NCBI GenBank assembly: GCA_963727805.1
Contig: CAVSHF010000005.1
Location: 1,152,001-1,216,000, forward strand
Direction of reading: 5' to 3'
Origin: an uncultured Nitrospiraceae bacterium
GTDB taxonomy: Bacteria > Nitrospirota > Thermodesulfovibrionia > Thermodesulfovibrionales > Dissulfurispiraceae
Length of the DNA stretch: 64,000 nucleotides
Part shown: piece by piece, positions 1 to 10,332 of the stretch
Numbering within the stretch: the stretch's first letter is position 1
How the letters are laid out: the number at the start of each line of letters is the position of its first letter
Notes under the pieces: generated by a model
Database searches by the model: none
The model's input: the letters and a program-made list of their open reading frames with translations, nothing else
What the model was told of the DNA's origin: nothing
Program-made: the position numbers and the translations under genes

Positions 1-832
1 TCCCGGGAAGAAACTCGTTCGCTACTGCTTCATCGACAAGCATTGTCTCCATCGCGTTGCAGGTGCCTGGCCTCTGGATCTTTGCGTTGAGGCAAATTTC
101 CTCTGCCATTTTGCAGTCCGCGTCACGGTCCACAAAAATGTGACAGACTCCCTTGTAATGCTTCAGCACAGGAATCCTTGAATTTTCGGTTACAGTCCTA
201 ATGAGCCCTTCGCCGCCGCGAGGTATGATAAGATCAACAAGGCCTTCAAGCTTGAGCATCTCCATAATCGCTTCACGATCCGGTATGTCGATGAAGGTGA
301 TAGCACCTTCATACAGACCTTCTTTCGTCGCCGCTTCTCTCATGATGCTAACGATTATTCTGTTCGAGTTAATGGCTTCTGATCCACCCCTAAGGATGAC
401 GGCATTCCCCGCCTTGAGACAGAGGCTAGTCGCATCGACCGTAACATTGGGCCGTGATTCATAGATAATGCCGATTACGCCAATGGGCACCTTCATCCTG
501 CCGACGTCCATGCCGTTCGGCCTCTTCACCATCCTGACAATCTCTCCAACAGGATCGGGGAGCTGGGAAACTTCGATGAGACCCTGGGCCATTTCGACGA
601 CCCTCTTTTCAGTGATGGTCAGCCGGTCGATAAGCGCTCTCGAGAGACCTTTTTTCTCGGCGAATTCAATATCCTTCTTATTCTCAGCAATAAGTTCAGA
701 CGCCCGTTCCTTCAGTGCCTCGGCTATTCTTAGTAGGATTCTATTCTTATGGTCCGAGGATGCCTTTGCAAGCCTCCTCGCCCCCTCTTTCGCCTCTTTT
801 GCCTTCTGCGTTACTACTGCTTTAATATCCAT
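1..832 (-). CDS. proA: gamma-glutamyl phosphate reductase (3' end runs off the window)
   Basis: Manual minus-strand translation from ATG at 832: MDIKAVVTQKAKEAK...VPIGVIGIIYESRPNVTVDATSLCLKAGNAVILRGGSEA, the ProA signature; absent from the ORF track because it is open at the edge. Confidence 0.95.
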   Translation of the reverse strand, partial: MDIKAVVTQKAKEAKEGARRLAKASSDHKNRILLRIAEALKERASELIAENKKDIEFAEKKGLSRALIDRLTITEKRVVEMAQGLIEVSQLPDPVGEIVRMVKRPNGMDVGRMKVPIGVIGIIYESRPNVTVDATSLCLKAGNAVILRGGSEAINSNRIIVSIMREAATKEGLYEGAITFIDIPDREAIMEMLKLEGLVDLIIPRGGEGLIRTVTENSRIPVLKHYKGVCHIFVDRDADCKMAEEICLNAKIQRPGTCNAMETMLVDEAVANEFLPG

Positions 833-991
833 TGGTACCCCTAAAGTCCGAAACTGGTCAGCTTTTATAACTTATCCTAATTTATATGTAAAATCAATAT
901 GTATATTTAATGAGCTTCCTTGGTCCCCACATTTGAACGGTTAAAGTATATTTGTTATAGTGTACTTATTACGTTTATTCAGGAGGGGGTT

Positions 992-1174
992 ATGTCTACA
1001 CCGGTTGTTGATTTCGATCTCTGCATCGGGTGCGGTTCCTGTTCAGAGGTTTGTCCGGAAGTCTTCGAGTTGAGGGACGAAAAAGCATACGTCATCGGAC
1101 CTGACAAATGCAGCACATGCGATTGTGAAGAGGCTGCTAACATCTGCCCCACCGAAGCGATCAAAATGGAGTAG
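992..1174 (+). CDS. single-cluster [4Fe-4S] ferredoxin
   Basis: CIGCGSC...CP motif; AGGAGG RBS at 981-986. Confidence 0.9.
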   Translation: MSTPVVDFDLCIGCGSCSEVCPEVFELRDEKAYVIGPDKCSTCDCEEAANICPTEAIKME

Positions 1175-1182
1175 CCGAAGCG

Positions 1183-1213
1183 ATATCGGGCGGCCCTTGT
1201 GGTCGCCTGATAT
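1183..1213. terminator. stem-loop between the convergent ferredoxin and NUDIX genes
   Basis: atatcgggcggcc / ggtcgcctgatat inverted repeat (with G-U pairs). Confidence 0.55.
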
Positions 1214-1253
1214 AAAACTAAACGATCCGCGCGAGGGCACTCAGATGGTGCCT

Positions 1254-1829
1254 TTACATATTAATCTTTTTGCGTGCAAGCTCTATAAAACCGTAAAGCT
1301 TAAGGTCCACGGCATCCCCTTTATTCCGATATTTCGCTATTGTTTGATATGCAGACACAAGCGGGGTCCGAACCACTTCGATTGACTCGGTTTCTTCGAT
1401 GGGATACTTTGCTCTGAGATCTGGAGGCGCAGGCAAGGCTTCTCTGGCGAGAAAAACTGTCAGGACTTCGCTCGAGAGGCCTGAGGAGACAGGTCCTTCG
1501 GCCATCAGCTCGAATTTCTCACTTGTATATCCCGTTTCTTCGATCAGTTCTCTCCGCGCAGCATTAAGAAGCGTCTCTCCCTTGTCATTCAACCCCGCCG
1601 GGAATTCGATGACGTAGCGGTTGAGCACAGGACGGAACTGGCGGATCAGCAGCAGGTCTCCTTCTTTGGTCACGGGAATGATCACGACTATCCCGTTGCA
1701 GTTGACTCTTTCGATTGCCTCCCATCCCCTGATCTCACCTTTTTCATCCCTGTATTCAAGCAGCAGGACCCGGATAAAGTTTCCTTCCCAGACGATTTTT
1801 CTGCCGATTATCTCTAGCGCTTTTTTCAC
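1254..1829 (-). CDS. NUDIX hydrolase (ADP-ribose pyrophosphatase-like)
   Basis: Nudix box AGLNDKGETLLNAARRELIEETGY and RQFRP; GTG start at 1829 preferred over the track start at 1886. Confidence 0.88.
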   Translation of the reverse strand: MKKALEIIGRKIVWEGNFIRVLLLEYRDEKGEIRGWEAIERVNCNGIVVIIPVTKEGDLLLIRQFRPVLNRYVIEFPAGLNDKGETLLNAARRELIEETGYTSEKFELMAEGPVSSGLSSEVLTVFLAREALPAPPDLRAKYPIEETESIEVVRTPLVSAYQTIAKYRNKGDAVDLKLYGFIELARKKINM

Positions 1830-1933
1830 CAATATACCAACCCCTATTAATTCCAGTGCATCAAGCAGCGTGCGGGAGTAGTTCAACGGAAATGAACATT
1901 TCTTGCCTCTGCATCATGATCGTCAAATATTAG

Positions 1934-2278
1934 CTATCCAAAAGGTGATACCATATGCCTGCCTCCGAGAAGGTGAATATGGACATGGTATACCAATTGA
2001 CCACCCTCGGGATTGCAGTTGGCCACGAGCCTGAAACCCCTTTCAGCTATGCCCTTTTCGCGTGCAATCCTGTTGGCCACCTTGACCATATGACCGAAAA
2101 GATACAAATCCCCATCCGTAACTTCTAAAAGTGTTGAGATATGCTGCTTAGGTATAATTAACGTGTGAACCGGCGCATGGGGACTAATATCTTCGAAGGC
2201 GAGAACGACATCGTCCTCGTAGATAATTTTTGCGGGCACTTTCTTCTCAATGATTTTACAAAAGATGCAATCACTCAT
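1934..2278 (-). CDS. histidine triad (HIT/HinT) nucleotide-binding protein
   Basis: N-terminal CIFCKI and HVHIHLLGG triad. Confidence 0.93.
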   Translation of the reverse strand: MSDCIFCKIIEKKVPAKIIYEDDVVLAFEDISPHAPVHTLIIPKQHISTLLEVTDGDLYLFGHMVKVANRIAREKGIAERGFRLVANCNPEGGQLVYHVHIHLLGGRHMVSPFG

Positions 2279-2314
2279 AAAACCTCCAAAAATCGGGGTA
2301 GGGCAAGCAACGCA

Positions 2315-2635
2315 TTACTTCTCTATCGTCCTATAAAAACAGGTCCGGTTGCCCGTGTGGCAGGCGCCCCCTCCGTGCTGCCTGACCTTGACGAGCAGCG
2401 TATCGGCATCGCAATCGTACAGCACCCCCTTCACCTCCTGCACAGCACCCGAAGTTTCGCCCTTTTTCCAGTACTTCTGGCGAGATCTCGACCAGAAATG
2501 GGTAAAACCAGTCTCAATAGTCTGTTTCAGCGATGTCTCGTTCATGTAAGCCAGCATTAGGACATCCCCGTTTTCGACATCCTGTACTATGGCTGGAATA
2601 AGGCCTTTATCGTCATACTTGAGTTCAGGCAGCAT
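2315..2635 (-). CDS. hisI: phosphoribosyl-AMP cyclohydrolase
   Basis: [29 protein letters not shown] motifs. Confidence 0.95.
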   Translation of the reverse strand: MLPELKYDDKGLIPAIVQDVENGDVLMLAYMNETSLKQTIETGFTHFWSRSRQKYWKKGETSGAVQEVKGVLYDCDADTLLVKVRQHGGGACHTGNRTCFYRTIEK

Positions 2636-2677
2636 CTGTCCTCCTTGATTCTGTAGAAGAACGGGCAAGCCATACCC

Positions 2678-3160
2678 CTACAATTTATATCCGATCTTTC
2701 TAAGAAATTCCTTCCTCGTTGCCTTATCTTCGTTCCCTTCGACGCCCATCGGAGGAAAACCATCGACGACTCCTATAATACCATTTCCCTGTTCCGTGGA
2801 GGCAACGATGGCTTCCAAGGGGTTAGCAGTTGCGCAGTAGATTGAGCATACCTCCTGGCAGTTCTTTATCTGGTTCAAGACATTGACGGGAAAGGCGTCC
2901 CTGAGGAGTATGCAGAAAACATGACCCGCCCCCACCGACTGAAGGTTTTTAATACAGGCGGCCCTGAGATCGCCGTCATTGCCCTCGCTGCGAATAAGGC
3001 ACGGACCAGAAGCCTCAGTAAAAGCTACACCGAATTTAGCCTGCGGGACAGAAGTGACGAGGATTTCGTAAAGGTCCTCCGCCGTTTTAATGAAGTGAGT
3101 CTGGCCGAGGATGATATTACATCCTTCGGGTATGTCTATTCTGACTGCCTTGATCTCCAT
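2678..3160 (-). CDS. adenosine-specific kinase family protein (DUF355-like)
   Basis: NIILGQTHFIKTAEDLYE, EASGPCL, ATANP, GVVDG, RKEFLRKIGYK. Confidence 0.85.
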   Translation of the reverse strand: MEIKAVRIDIPEGCNIILGQTHFIKTAEDLYEILVTSVPQAKFGVAFTEASGPCLIRSEGNDGDLRAACIKNLQSVGAGHVFCILLRDAFPVNVLNQIKNCQEVCSIYCATANPLEAIVASTEQGNGIIGVVDGFPPMGVEGNEDKATRKEFLRKIGYKL

Positions 3161-3339
3161 GCTTTCCTCCTTGTTTTAGCACGTATTGTTAATAATCGCC
3201 CTAGTGCAGAGAATTCAGCAAGCTTTAATTGCCTTTTCTGCCTGTCCAAATACCTCCCGCGGGGCAATATCCTCCCTCTACACTATGGTATAATGAAAAT
3301 TAATTTATTCTTTTATGTCAAGGAGTAATATACACAATC

Positions 3340-3954
3340 GTGAAGACGTTGCTAAAAAAAAACAGGGATTCCATCTCGGGACGCATTCGTGAGGCATTAC
3401 TCTGTTTCTTCGTCATCTTAGCGGTCATCTGCCCTACTACATCAGTTTTTTCTTCCGAAATCGCACCGGTCTCCATTAAACAGGTCAATAGCGAAATATT
3501 TGTAACCACAGCCCTGCAGCCCGATCAGAAATTCATCGAAGACCTAAACAACGGACTCTCAAAGGAGATCGTATTTTACATCGACCTTTTCAGACACTGG
3601 AAGCTCTGGCCCGACGAGTTCGTTCTCGGACAGAAGATTGTCCGTATCCTGCAGATCGATCCTATCAAACGTGAGTGCATCGCCACCAACATCGAAGGGA
3701 ACGTCAAGACTCTCAAGAGATTCAAAGACCTCGATTCAATGATTGCGTGGGCAGCGAATATCGCCGACCTCAAACTAACAAATGTCAAAGTATTGGAACC
3801 CGATGACTACTACGTAAAAGTGACGGTTGAATCGAATCTCAAGAAGCTGCCTGCCGTGGTCGGGTATCTACTGTTCTTTGTTCCCAGCAAGGAGTTCAGT
3901 ATATCAAAAGATTCCTCTGCCTTCAAAATTCCCTCGCTCCAGGTGTCAAGATGA
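3340..3954 (+). CDS. DUF4390-like periplasmic protein
   Basis: Signal-peptide-like N-terminus; position directly upstream of an NtrY-like kinase is typical for this family. Confidence 0.65.
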   Translation: MKTLLKKNRDSISGRIREALLCFFVILAVICPTTSVFSSEIAPVSIKQVNSEIFVTTALQPDQKFIEDLNNGLSKEIVFYIDLFRHWKLWPDEFVLGQKIVRILQIDPIKRECIATNIEGNVKTLKRFKDLDSMIAWAANIADLKLTNVKVLEPDDYYVKVTVESNLKKLPAVVGYLLFFVPSKEFSISKDSSAFKIPSLQVSR

Positions 3955-5984
3955 GCATTCTTAGGCCGCTCCTGATTACTTTGGCATTGATTCTCTGCAT
4001 CGTCCTCATTACAGTGATACAGATTCATTTCATCAAACTGCCGAGCTTGGATCTTACGACACGCATCCTGCTCACGTGCCTTCTCACATTCAATATCGCT
4101 GCATTGCTAACGCTCGTCTTTTTCGTTGGGAAAAATCTTTACCGGCTGTTCATGGACATGCACTATAAGGTGCCCGGATATAAATTCAGGACAAAGCTCG
4201 TCGCTATTTTTGTAACCCTCATCATGATTCCCTCACTCTTTCTTTTTCTTGCAGCAAGCGGACTCGCAACCGATTATTTCAACCGAATCTTTTCTCCCCA
4301 GATAGGTGAGCCTATAAACAGGTCCATCGAATTGGCTCGTGCTTTTTACGACTATGAAAGACAAAGAGTATTGCTCGTAGCTCAATATGCATCCAAAGGC
4401 GAAATCACTTCTATGCCAGGGATGTCTATAAAAAGGCTGCACACACTGCCTTCCGAAGCCGGCGATGTCATAAAAGAGGCTTTTGCCGGAAAGGAGGGCA
4501 CCGAAGTCATCTCGCACACCGACGGGGACACCATCAGGGCTGTCGTACCTTCCGCAGCCGGCGGAGGTGCGGTCGTCGCTGAGGTGAGACTTCCTGCTGC
4601 ACTCGCAGAAAAATCTGAAAAACTGCGGTTTCTCCATGAAGAGTACCTGAAGCGTGGGCAACTGAAAAAACCTTTGAATTTAACCTATGTTCTCACACTT
4701 GGATTCCTCACACTGATCATGGTCTTCAGCGGTTTATGGTTTTCGCTCAAAATATCGAGGGACATAACAATTCCCATTCAGAGCCTTGCCATGGCAACGG
4801 AAAAAGTAGCCTCGGGAGACCTCAACGTCGCGGTTCGTGTAACCAGTAAAGACGAGATAGGGTTCCTTATCGATTCGTTCAACCAGATGGTCGCACAACT
4901 CAGGGACAACAAGATATCCCTCGAACAGGCCTATCTTGAATCCGACCGGAGAAGACTTTATCTCGAAAACATCCTCCAAAATATAACTTCAGGGGTAATC
5001 TTCCTCGACAAAAACGGCAGGATACTGACCGTAAACAAGTCTGCCTGCAAGATTCTTGATCTTGATGACGCACAGGTCGTCGGCACTGATTATCGCAAGC
5101 TGATCGCGGGACTCCATTCCGGAGACCTCGTTAAAATGATCCGGGACATCGAAGGCAAAGAAGTAAGAGAAGTGATACGGGAAGTCAAGATCAATCTCGG
5201 CGGCAGGCCTATGATCGTCAGAGTAACGGTTTCAGGCATCCGCGAGTCCTATGGATCCTCCGCTCTCGGCATGCTCGTCGTGTTCGATGATCTCACCGAT
5301 GTGATCAAGGCCCAAAAGGCTGAGGCTTGGCAGGAAGTTGCACGCCGCATCGCCCATGAGATCAAAAATCCCCTGACGCCGATCAAGCTGTCCACAGAGC
5401 GACTTATGAAGAAGTGGCTTAATAAGGATGCAGACTTCGACATTGTATTTGAAAAGTCGACGAAGACGATTATCACTGAAGTTAACAGCCTCAGAAAGCT
5501 TGTGGATATTTTTTCAACATATGGCAGGATGCCCGAGATTACAAAGGCGTCTGCCGATCTGATAGATCTTCTCGACTCGGTCACCGCACTTTATAAAGGC
5601 TACCCAGATTTAAGAATACATGTCACCGCTGAAGACGAAATCCCGAAAGTTATTATTGACAGCGAGCAGATCAAGAGGGCACTTATCAATATAATAGATA
5701 ATGCGATCGAGGCCATGAAGCAGACAGGCGATATAACCATCTCGCTTACAACAGCTGATCACCATGTTTCGATCGGGATCGCCGATACCGGCCCCGGCAT
5801 ACCGGATGATGAAAAAGAAAAACTCTTCCTCCCCTACTTTTCCAAGAGAAAGGGCGGCACGGGGCTCGGCCTCGCGATCGCGGGAAAGATTGCGACTGAT
5901 CACGGCGGACGAATCATAGTAAAGGACAACCATCCGAAAGGGAGCATCTTCATCGTAGAGATCCCCGCCGGCGAGCATAGCTAA
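3951..5984 (+). CDS. ntrY: NtrY-like membrane sensor histidine kinase (HAMP, PAS, HisKA, HATPase)
   Basis: AWQEVARRIAHEIKNPLTPI H-box, DTGPG, GGTGLGL. Confidence 0.88.
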   Translation: MSILRPLLITLALILCIVLITVIQIHFIKLPSLDLTTRILLTCLLTFNIAALLTLVFFVGKNLYRLFMDMHYKVPGYKFRTKLVAIFVTLIMIPSLFLFLAASGLATDYFNRIFSPQIGEPINRSIELARAFYDYERQRVLLVAQYASKGEITSMPGMSIKRLHTLPSEAGDVIKEAFAGKEGTEVISHTDGDTIRAVVPSAAGGGAVVAEVRLPAALAEKSEKLRFLHEEYLKRGQLKKPLNLTYVLTLGFLTLIMVFSGLWFSLKISRDITIPIQSLAMATEKVASGDLNVAVRVTSKDEIGFLIDSFNQMVAQLRDNKISLEQAYLESDRRRLYLENILQNITSGVIFLDKNGRILTVNKSACKILDLDDAQVVGTDYRKLIAGLHSGDLVKMIRDIEGKEVREVIREVKINLGGRPMIVRVTVSGIRESYGSSALGMLVVFDDLTDVIKAQKAEAWQEVARRIAHEIKNPLTPIKLSTERLMKKWLNKDADFDIVFEKSTKTIITEVNSLRKLVDIFSTYGRMPEITKASADLIDLLDSVTALYKGYPDLRIHVTAEDEIPKVIIDSEQIKRALINIIDNAIEAMKQTGDITISLTTADHHVSIGIADTGPGIPDDEKEKLFLPYFSKRKGGTGLGLAIAGKIATDHGGRIIVKDNHPKGSIFIVEIPAGEHS

Positions 5985-5995
5985 GGAGAAAATGC

Positions 5996-7369
5996 ATGTT
6001 CAAAAAGACTGTTTTAATCGTCGACGACGAGGAGGGAATCAGGGAGAGCCTGACAGGGATATTTGAGGATGAAGGATACGAAGTCCTCTCCGCCCCGTCG
6101 TCTGAAGAGGCCCTCAAAATCATTAAAGAACGCACCCCCGATATCATTTTTCTGGATGTCTGGCTCCCTGAAATGGACGGCCTTGAAGCCTTGTCGAGGA
6201 TTAATGAGATGGAGAAAGAGGTCCCAGTCATCATCATTTCGGGACATGGTAATATTGAACTTGCGGTCAAGGCTACCCGTCTCGGCGCTTACGATTTTCT
6301 CGAAAAACCTCTCTCTCTCGACAAAGTCCTTCTCGTTGCCCAGAGAGCTCTTGAACGCAAGAAGCTCGAAATAGAAAACAGAGTCCTCAAAGCTGATCTT
6401 GAAAAAAAATGGCAGCTCGTGGGTGACTCCGAAAAGATGCGCGCCCTCACACAGCAAATAGAAATGGCAGCCCAGAGCAACTCACGTGTCCTCATCCTGG
6501 GTGAAAGTGGCACTGGGAAGGAACTTGTCGCGCGACTGCTCCACGAAAGAAGTCCACGGTCGAACGGTCCCTTTATCGAGGTCAACTGCGCCGCCATCCC
6601 GCAGGAACTGATCGAAAGCGAACTCTTCGGTCATGAGAAGGGGTCATTTACCGGAGCATCGGAACGCAAGATCGGCAAGTTCGAACTCGCCAATGAAGGA
6701 TCCCTATTTCTTGACGAGATAGGCGACATGACTCTCCAAACACAGGCAAAGGTCCTGCGGGTCCTTGAATCGCAAGTCTTCCAGAGGGTCGGCGGGGCAA
6801 AGAGCATAAAGGTCGATGTCAGGATCATCGCGGCAACCAATAAGGACCTCTCCGAAGAGGTCAAAAGAGGCGGTTTCAGGGAAGACCTTTTTTTCCGACT
6901 CAATGTAATCCCGATTACGGTACCACCATTGCGCGAACGAAAAGATGATATACCACAATTGGCGAAGTTCTTTATCGAAGTCTTCGCTTCTGACAGCGGA
7001 ACCAGGCCTAAGGGACTCGAACCCGAGGTTGCCCGTATGTTTCAGTCCTATAGCTGGCCAGGCAATATCAGGGAATTGCGGAATGCCGTAGAGCGGCTTA
7101 TGATAATGGTCCCTTCCCCAGTGATATCTGCCACCGACATCACAGCTTTGGGAATGTTCGATCCCGGTCGAGGAGTCATAGAGAGCGATTTCTTCTCGTA
7201 TGCTACACTAAGGGAGGCACGTGACGCGTTTGAAAAGGATTTCATATGCCGGAAGCTCCAGGAAAATGACTGGAACATATCCAGGACCGCCGATGCCATA
7301 TCGGTAGAACGCAGCAATCTCCATAAGAAGATCAAGTCGTATGGGATCTCTGAAAGCAGGATTAAATAG
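5996..7369 (+). CDS. ntrX: sigma54-dependent response regulator (NtrX-like)
   Basis: REC domain, GESGTGKE, ESELFGHEKGSFTGA, C-terminal Fis-type HTH. Confidence 0.88.
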   Translation: MFKKTVLIVDDEEGIRESLTGIFEDEGYEVLSAPSSEEALKIIKERTPDIIFLDVWLPEMDGLEALSRINEMEKEVPVIIISGHGNIELAVKATRLGAYDFLEKPLSLDKVLLVAQRALERKKLEIENRVLKADLEKKWQLVGDSEKMRALTQQIEMAAQSNSRVLILGESGTGKELVARLLHERSPRSNGPFIEVNCAAIPQELIESELFGHEKGSFTGASERKIGKFELANEGSLFLDEIGDMTLQTQAKVLRVLESQVFQRVGGAKSIKVDVRIIAATNKDLSEEVKRGGFREDLFFRLNVIPITVPPLRERKDDIPQLAKFFIEVFASDSGTRPKGLEPEVARMFQSYSWPGNIRELRNAVERLMIMVPSPVISATDITALGMFDPGRGVIESDFFSYATLREARDAFEKDFICRKLQENDWNISRTADAISVERSNLHKKIKSYGISESRIK

Positions 7370-8721
7370 TGAGTACAATAGTTGCCATAATAGGAAGGCC
7401 CAATGTCGGGAAATCATCCCTCTTCAACCGGATGGTTAAGAAGCAGAAGGAGCGCAGACCTAAGGCGATCACCGAAGAAACCCCAGGAGTCACGCGGGAC
7501 AGAAATTACGGCTCTGTCGAATGGGAAAGCAAGATCTTTACCGTTATCGATACCGGAGGGTTCTATCCAGAAGGACTCCCCCATGAAGCCAAAGAAATCG
7601 CTGAGCAGGTCAGGGAGCAGGCGCTTTTTGCGATCGACGAGGCAGACCTGATCATCCACCTTTTGGACGGAAAGGAAGGTCTCATCCCGTCGGACCGCGA
7701 GATGGCGGACATGCTCAGATCCTCAGGGAAAAAGGTCTTCTGGGTGGTAAACAAGATTGACGTCCCTTCGAGGGAAGGCAATGTAATCGATTTCTACGGC
7801 ATCGGAGCAGAAGATATTTATCCAGTCTCAGCGATCAGCGGTCTCGGCTTCGATGAACTAATGGATAGGATCTCTGCTGAAATCCCTCCGCCGGACAGCA
7901 CTGTCGACGTTTCACTGCAAAGTCTGCCAAAGGTCGCGGTTATTGGAAAGCCGAATGTCGGAAAATCCACCCTCATCAATGAACTCCTCGGAAAGAAGCG
8001 ACTCATCGTCAGTCCGGTGCCGGGTACGACACGGGATTCGATTGATTCGGTCTGCACCTACTATGGGGAAAAATTTCTCTTCATCGATACTGCTGGGATA
8101 AGAAAGAAACCTCGGGAATACTCGGTGGAAGGACTCTCGGTCATGAGGACGATGCGAAGCATCGAGAGGGCTGATGTGGTCATCCTTGTTGTCGACGCAT
8201 CGCAGGGCATCGGAGACCAGGAGCAAAAGATCGCGGGTATGGCGGAAGAATTGGGCAAGGGATTGATTCTCTTTTTCAACAAATGGGACCTCATCGACAA
8301 CCCCGAAGGCGCATACAAAAAGCTTGAGGATGAGATCAAGAGAAAGCTGTGGTTTATGGAATATGTGCCCTGGCTTACTGCCTCGGGCCTAGAAAAGACG
8401 AGAATCACCAATATCTTTCCCCTCATCAAAGAGATCATCGCCGAGAGACGAAAAAAGATAAAGACGCACGAATTGAACGAGTTGCTGATAAAAACGCTGC
8501 AACGCAAGCCTTTCCCTCTATTCCGGGGCAAGGAGCTGAAATTTTATTATATTACCCAGACAGGTATCGAGCCGCCCACCTTCAGGATCTTCGTCAATTT
8601 CCCTGCCGGTATCAAGGCACAACAGGTCGGCTATATTGAAAAGGCATTGAGATCACGCTATTCTTTTAAAGGGACTCCGATACGTCTTTTTGTCAAGGCG
8701 CGGCGGATTATGGTAAAATAA
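7369..8721 (+). CDS. der: ribosome biogenesis GTPase Der/EngA
   Basis: Two G domains (GRPNVGKS, GKPNVGKS; DTGG, DTAG; NKID, NKWD) and KH-like C-terminus GTPIRL. Confidence 0.96.
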   Translation: MSTIVAIIGRPNVGKSSLFNRMVKKQKERRPKAITEETPGVTRDRNYGSVEWESKIFTVIDTGGFYPEGLPHEAKEIAEQVREQALFAIDEADLIIHLLDGKEGLIPSDREMADMLRSSGKKVFWVVNKIDVPSREGNVIDFYGIGAEDIYPVSAISGLGFDELMDRISAEIPPPDSTVDVSLQSLPKVAVIGKPNVGKSTLINELLGKKRLIVSPVPGTTRDSIDSVCTYYGEKFLFIDTAGIRKKPREYSVEGLSVMRTMRSIERADVVILVVDASQGIGDQEQKIAGMAEELGKGLILFFNKWDLIDNPEGAYKKLEDEIKRKLWFMEYVPWLTASGLEKTRITNIFPLIKEIIAERRKKIKTHELNELLIKTLQRKPFPLFRGKELKFYYITQTGIEPPTFRIFVNFPAGIKAQQVGYIEKALRSRYSFKGTPIRLFVKARRIMVK

Positions 8722-8829
8722 CCTGCCGGTGTGTCTGTGTTCCGGCATGTGCTCTTTGGAAGGGCACACGACAGTACCTTTGATGTTTAATTACTATTGC
8801 ATTACTGTCTCTAGCGAAGGAGGAAAACA

Positions 8830-9249
8830 ATGCAGAAAATAATGATCGCCCATGACGGCTCCAAATCATCCGACAAAGCATTAAAAAAAGCGATTGAGCT
8901 CACCACAAGCTTTAACGCCTCACTCACTATTCTCGCCGTCGTTCCCGAGCTATACCTGACTGAACTCCCCGACGTCGATCGCAACCGTATCACCGATTCC
9001 TTAACACAGGAGACCAACGATTCAATGGAGAAGATTAGGAAAGCCCTGTCCGGGAAATCGATCGACGTGAAGACAGTCATAAGGCAGGGAGACCCTGCTG
9101 AAAAGATTCTGGAGACGGCCCAAAAAATGAAGGTCGACCTTATCATAACGGGGTCGCATGGAAGGCACGGAACCAAGAAATTTCTGCTTGGCAGTGTCTC
9201 GTCAAAAGTAGTCGATTATTCGAAATGCCCCGTACTCGTAGTTAAATAG
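8830..9249 (+). CDS. universal stress protein (UspA family)
   Basis: IAHDGS, GSHGRHG...LLGSVS...CPVLVV. Confidence 0.93.
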   Translation: MQKIMIAHDGSKSSDKALKKAIELTTSFNASLTILAVVPELYLTELPDVDRNRITDSLTQETNDSMEKIRKALSGKSIDVKTVIRQGDPAEKILETAQKMKVDLIITGSHGRHGTKKFLLGSVSSKVVDYSKCPVLVVK

Positions 9250-9271
9250 ATCTACTGGAACCGGCCATAGA

Positions 9272-10150
9272 CTACCATATGAGCCGGGCCTTCCGGTTGG
9301 CCCAGCACGAAAAAGAGATATCCACAAAATAGGACTGGGGATGGCGGTGTGCTACCGCAACCTTCACCCCGAGCGCAGTTACATTCCTCGCCAAACCCTC
9401 CAGCTGTTTACCGGCGTCATTGACGTCCCGCAATATGTCAGCCTCAAGGACCGCGAGCCGCTCCTCAGGGTTTTCCACATTGATCCTCCCGACTAGCTGT
9501 CGCCGGGAGAGAAAAGCAACCTGGTCCCTCGCCCCTCCGATCGCGATGCCGATCGTGTAGGGAGGACATCCTCGGCCCTTGGTCTTAGCTACAGCATCGA
9601 GGACACAGCTTTTCACCCCTTCAAAATTACGCTCTGCGACAAACTCGTGACACGCGCCGGTCTCCCCGTTTCTCGAAATGAGCTGCACAGGGAGCTTATA
9701 AGTATTGCCAAGATTCTCGCATTCCGACCCCTGAAGAAGCAGATCAATGGTAAGAGAATTTTTATGGGTCTCTTCGATGTGGATGAGTGGGAAGTATAGC
9801 CCTGTATTGTCCCCGCTGTTGACGCCCGAGAGGATATCGACAGCGTTGGGGCTCAGGGGAACTTTCTTTGTCGCAAGTCTCGTGGCATCGATGATCATCT
9901 CCCGGACGAGTTGCTGGCTCAGTCCCCGCGGAACCCATACAAAGAAGAAAGGGATGCCTGTATCGAGGCAGAGAGGACGTGATGCCTGCCGGGCCGTCGA
10001 GATCTCTTTAAGAAGTGTCCCGACAGATTCCTTCAAATTCGGCGCGGTTTCAGCTTCGTAAGCCTTCTTCAGGCTGTCCTCAACATCGGTCGGAATAGCG
10101 GATGCTACTTTCTTATAGAGCTCTACAATCCCGTCGCGAAGCTTCAGCAC
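9272..10150 (-). CDS. Fe-S hydro-lyase (class I fumarate hydratase/tartrate dehydratase) alpha-subunit homolog, divergent
   Basis: RPLCLDTG, NSGDNTG, GCPPY, CWANRK. Confidence 0.8.
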   Translation of the reverse strand: MLKLRDGIVELYKKVASAIPTDVEDSLKKAYEAETAPNLKESVGTLLKEISTARQASRPLCLDTGIPFFFVWVPRGLSQQLVREMIIDATRLATKKVPLSPNAVDILSGVNSGDNTGLYFPLIHIEETHKNSLTIDLLLQGSECENLGNTYKLPVQLISRNGETGACHEFVAERNFEGVKSCVLDAVAKTKGRGCPPYTIGIAIGGARDQVAFLSRRQLVGRINVENPEERLAVLEADILRDVNDAGKQLEGLARNVTALGVKVAVAHRHPQSYFVDISFSCWANRKARLIW

Positions 10151-10332
10151 AGGTGCCTCATATCAGGAGATGTCCTCAGGAGAGAATCGGAAATACCGAG
10201 CATGGGGCCTCCCTTCACAGGTTTACTAAAAGAATAGCAGAATCGCGGAGGTTTGGCAAATTGAAACCCGTGGACTTCCCGCGACTGACGCTTTCGATTT
10301 TCAGGCGGGCTTCCGCATCAAGGAGAAACAAG

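Noticed and set aside
201..944. Plus-strand ORFs 201-464 and 468-944
   Set aside because: They are antisense shadows of proA. Most other short overlapping ORFs in the track were rejected for the same reason.
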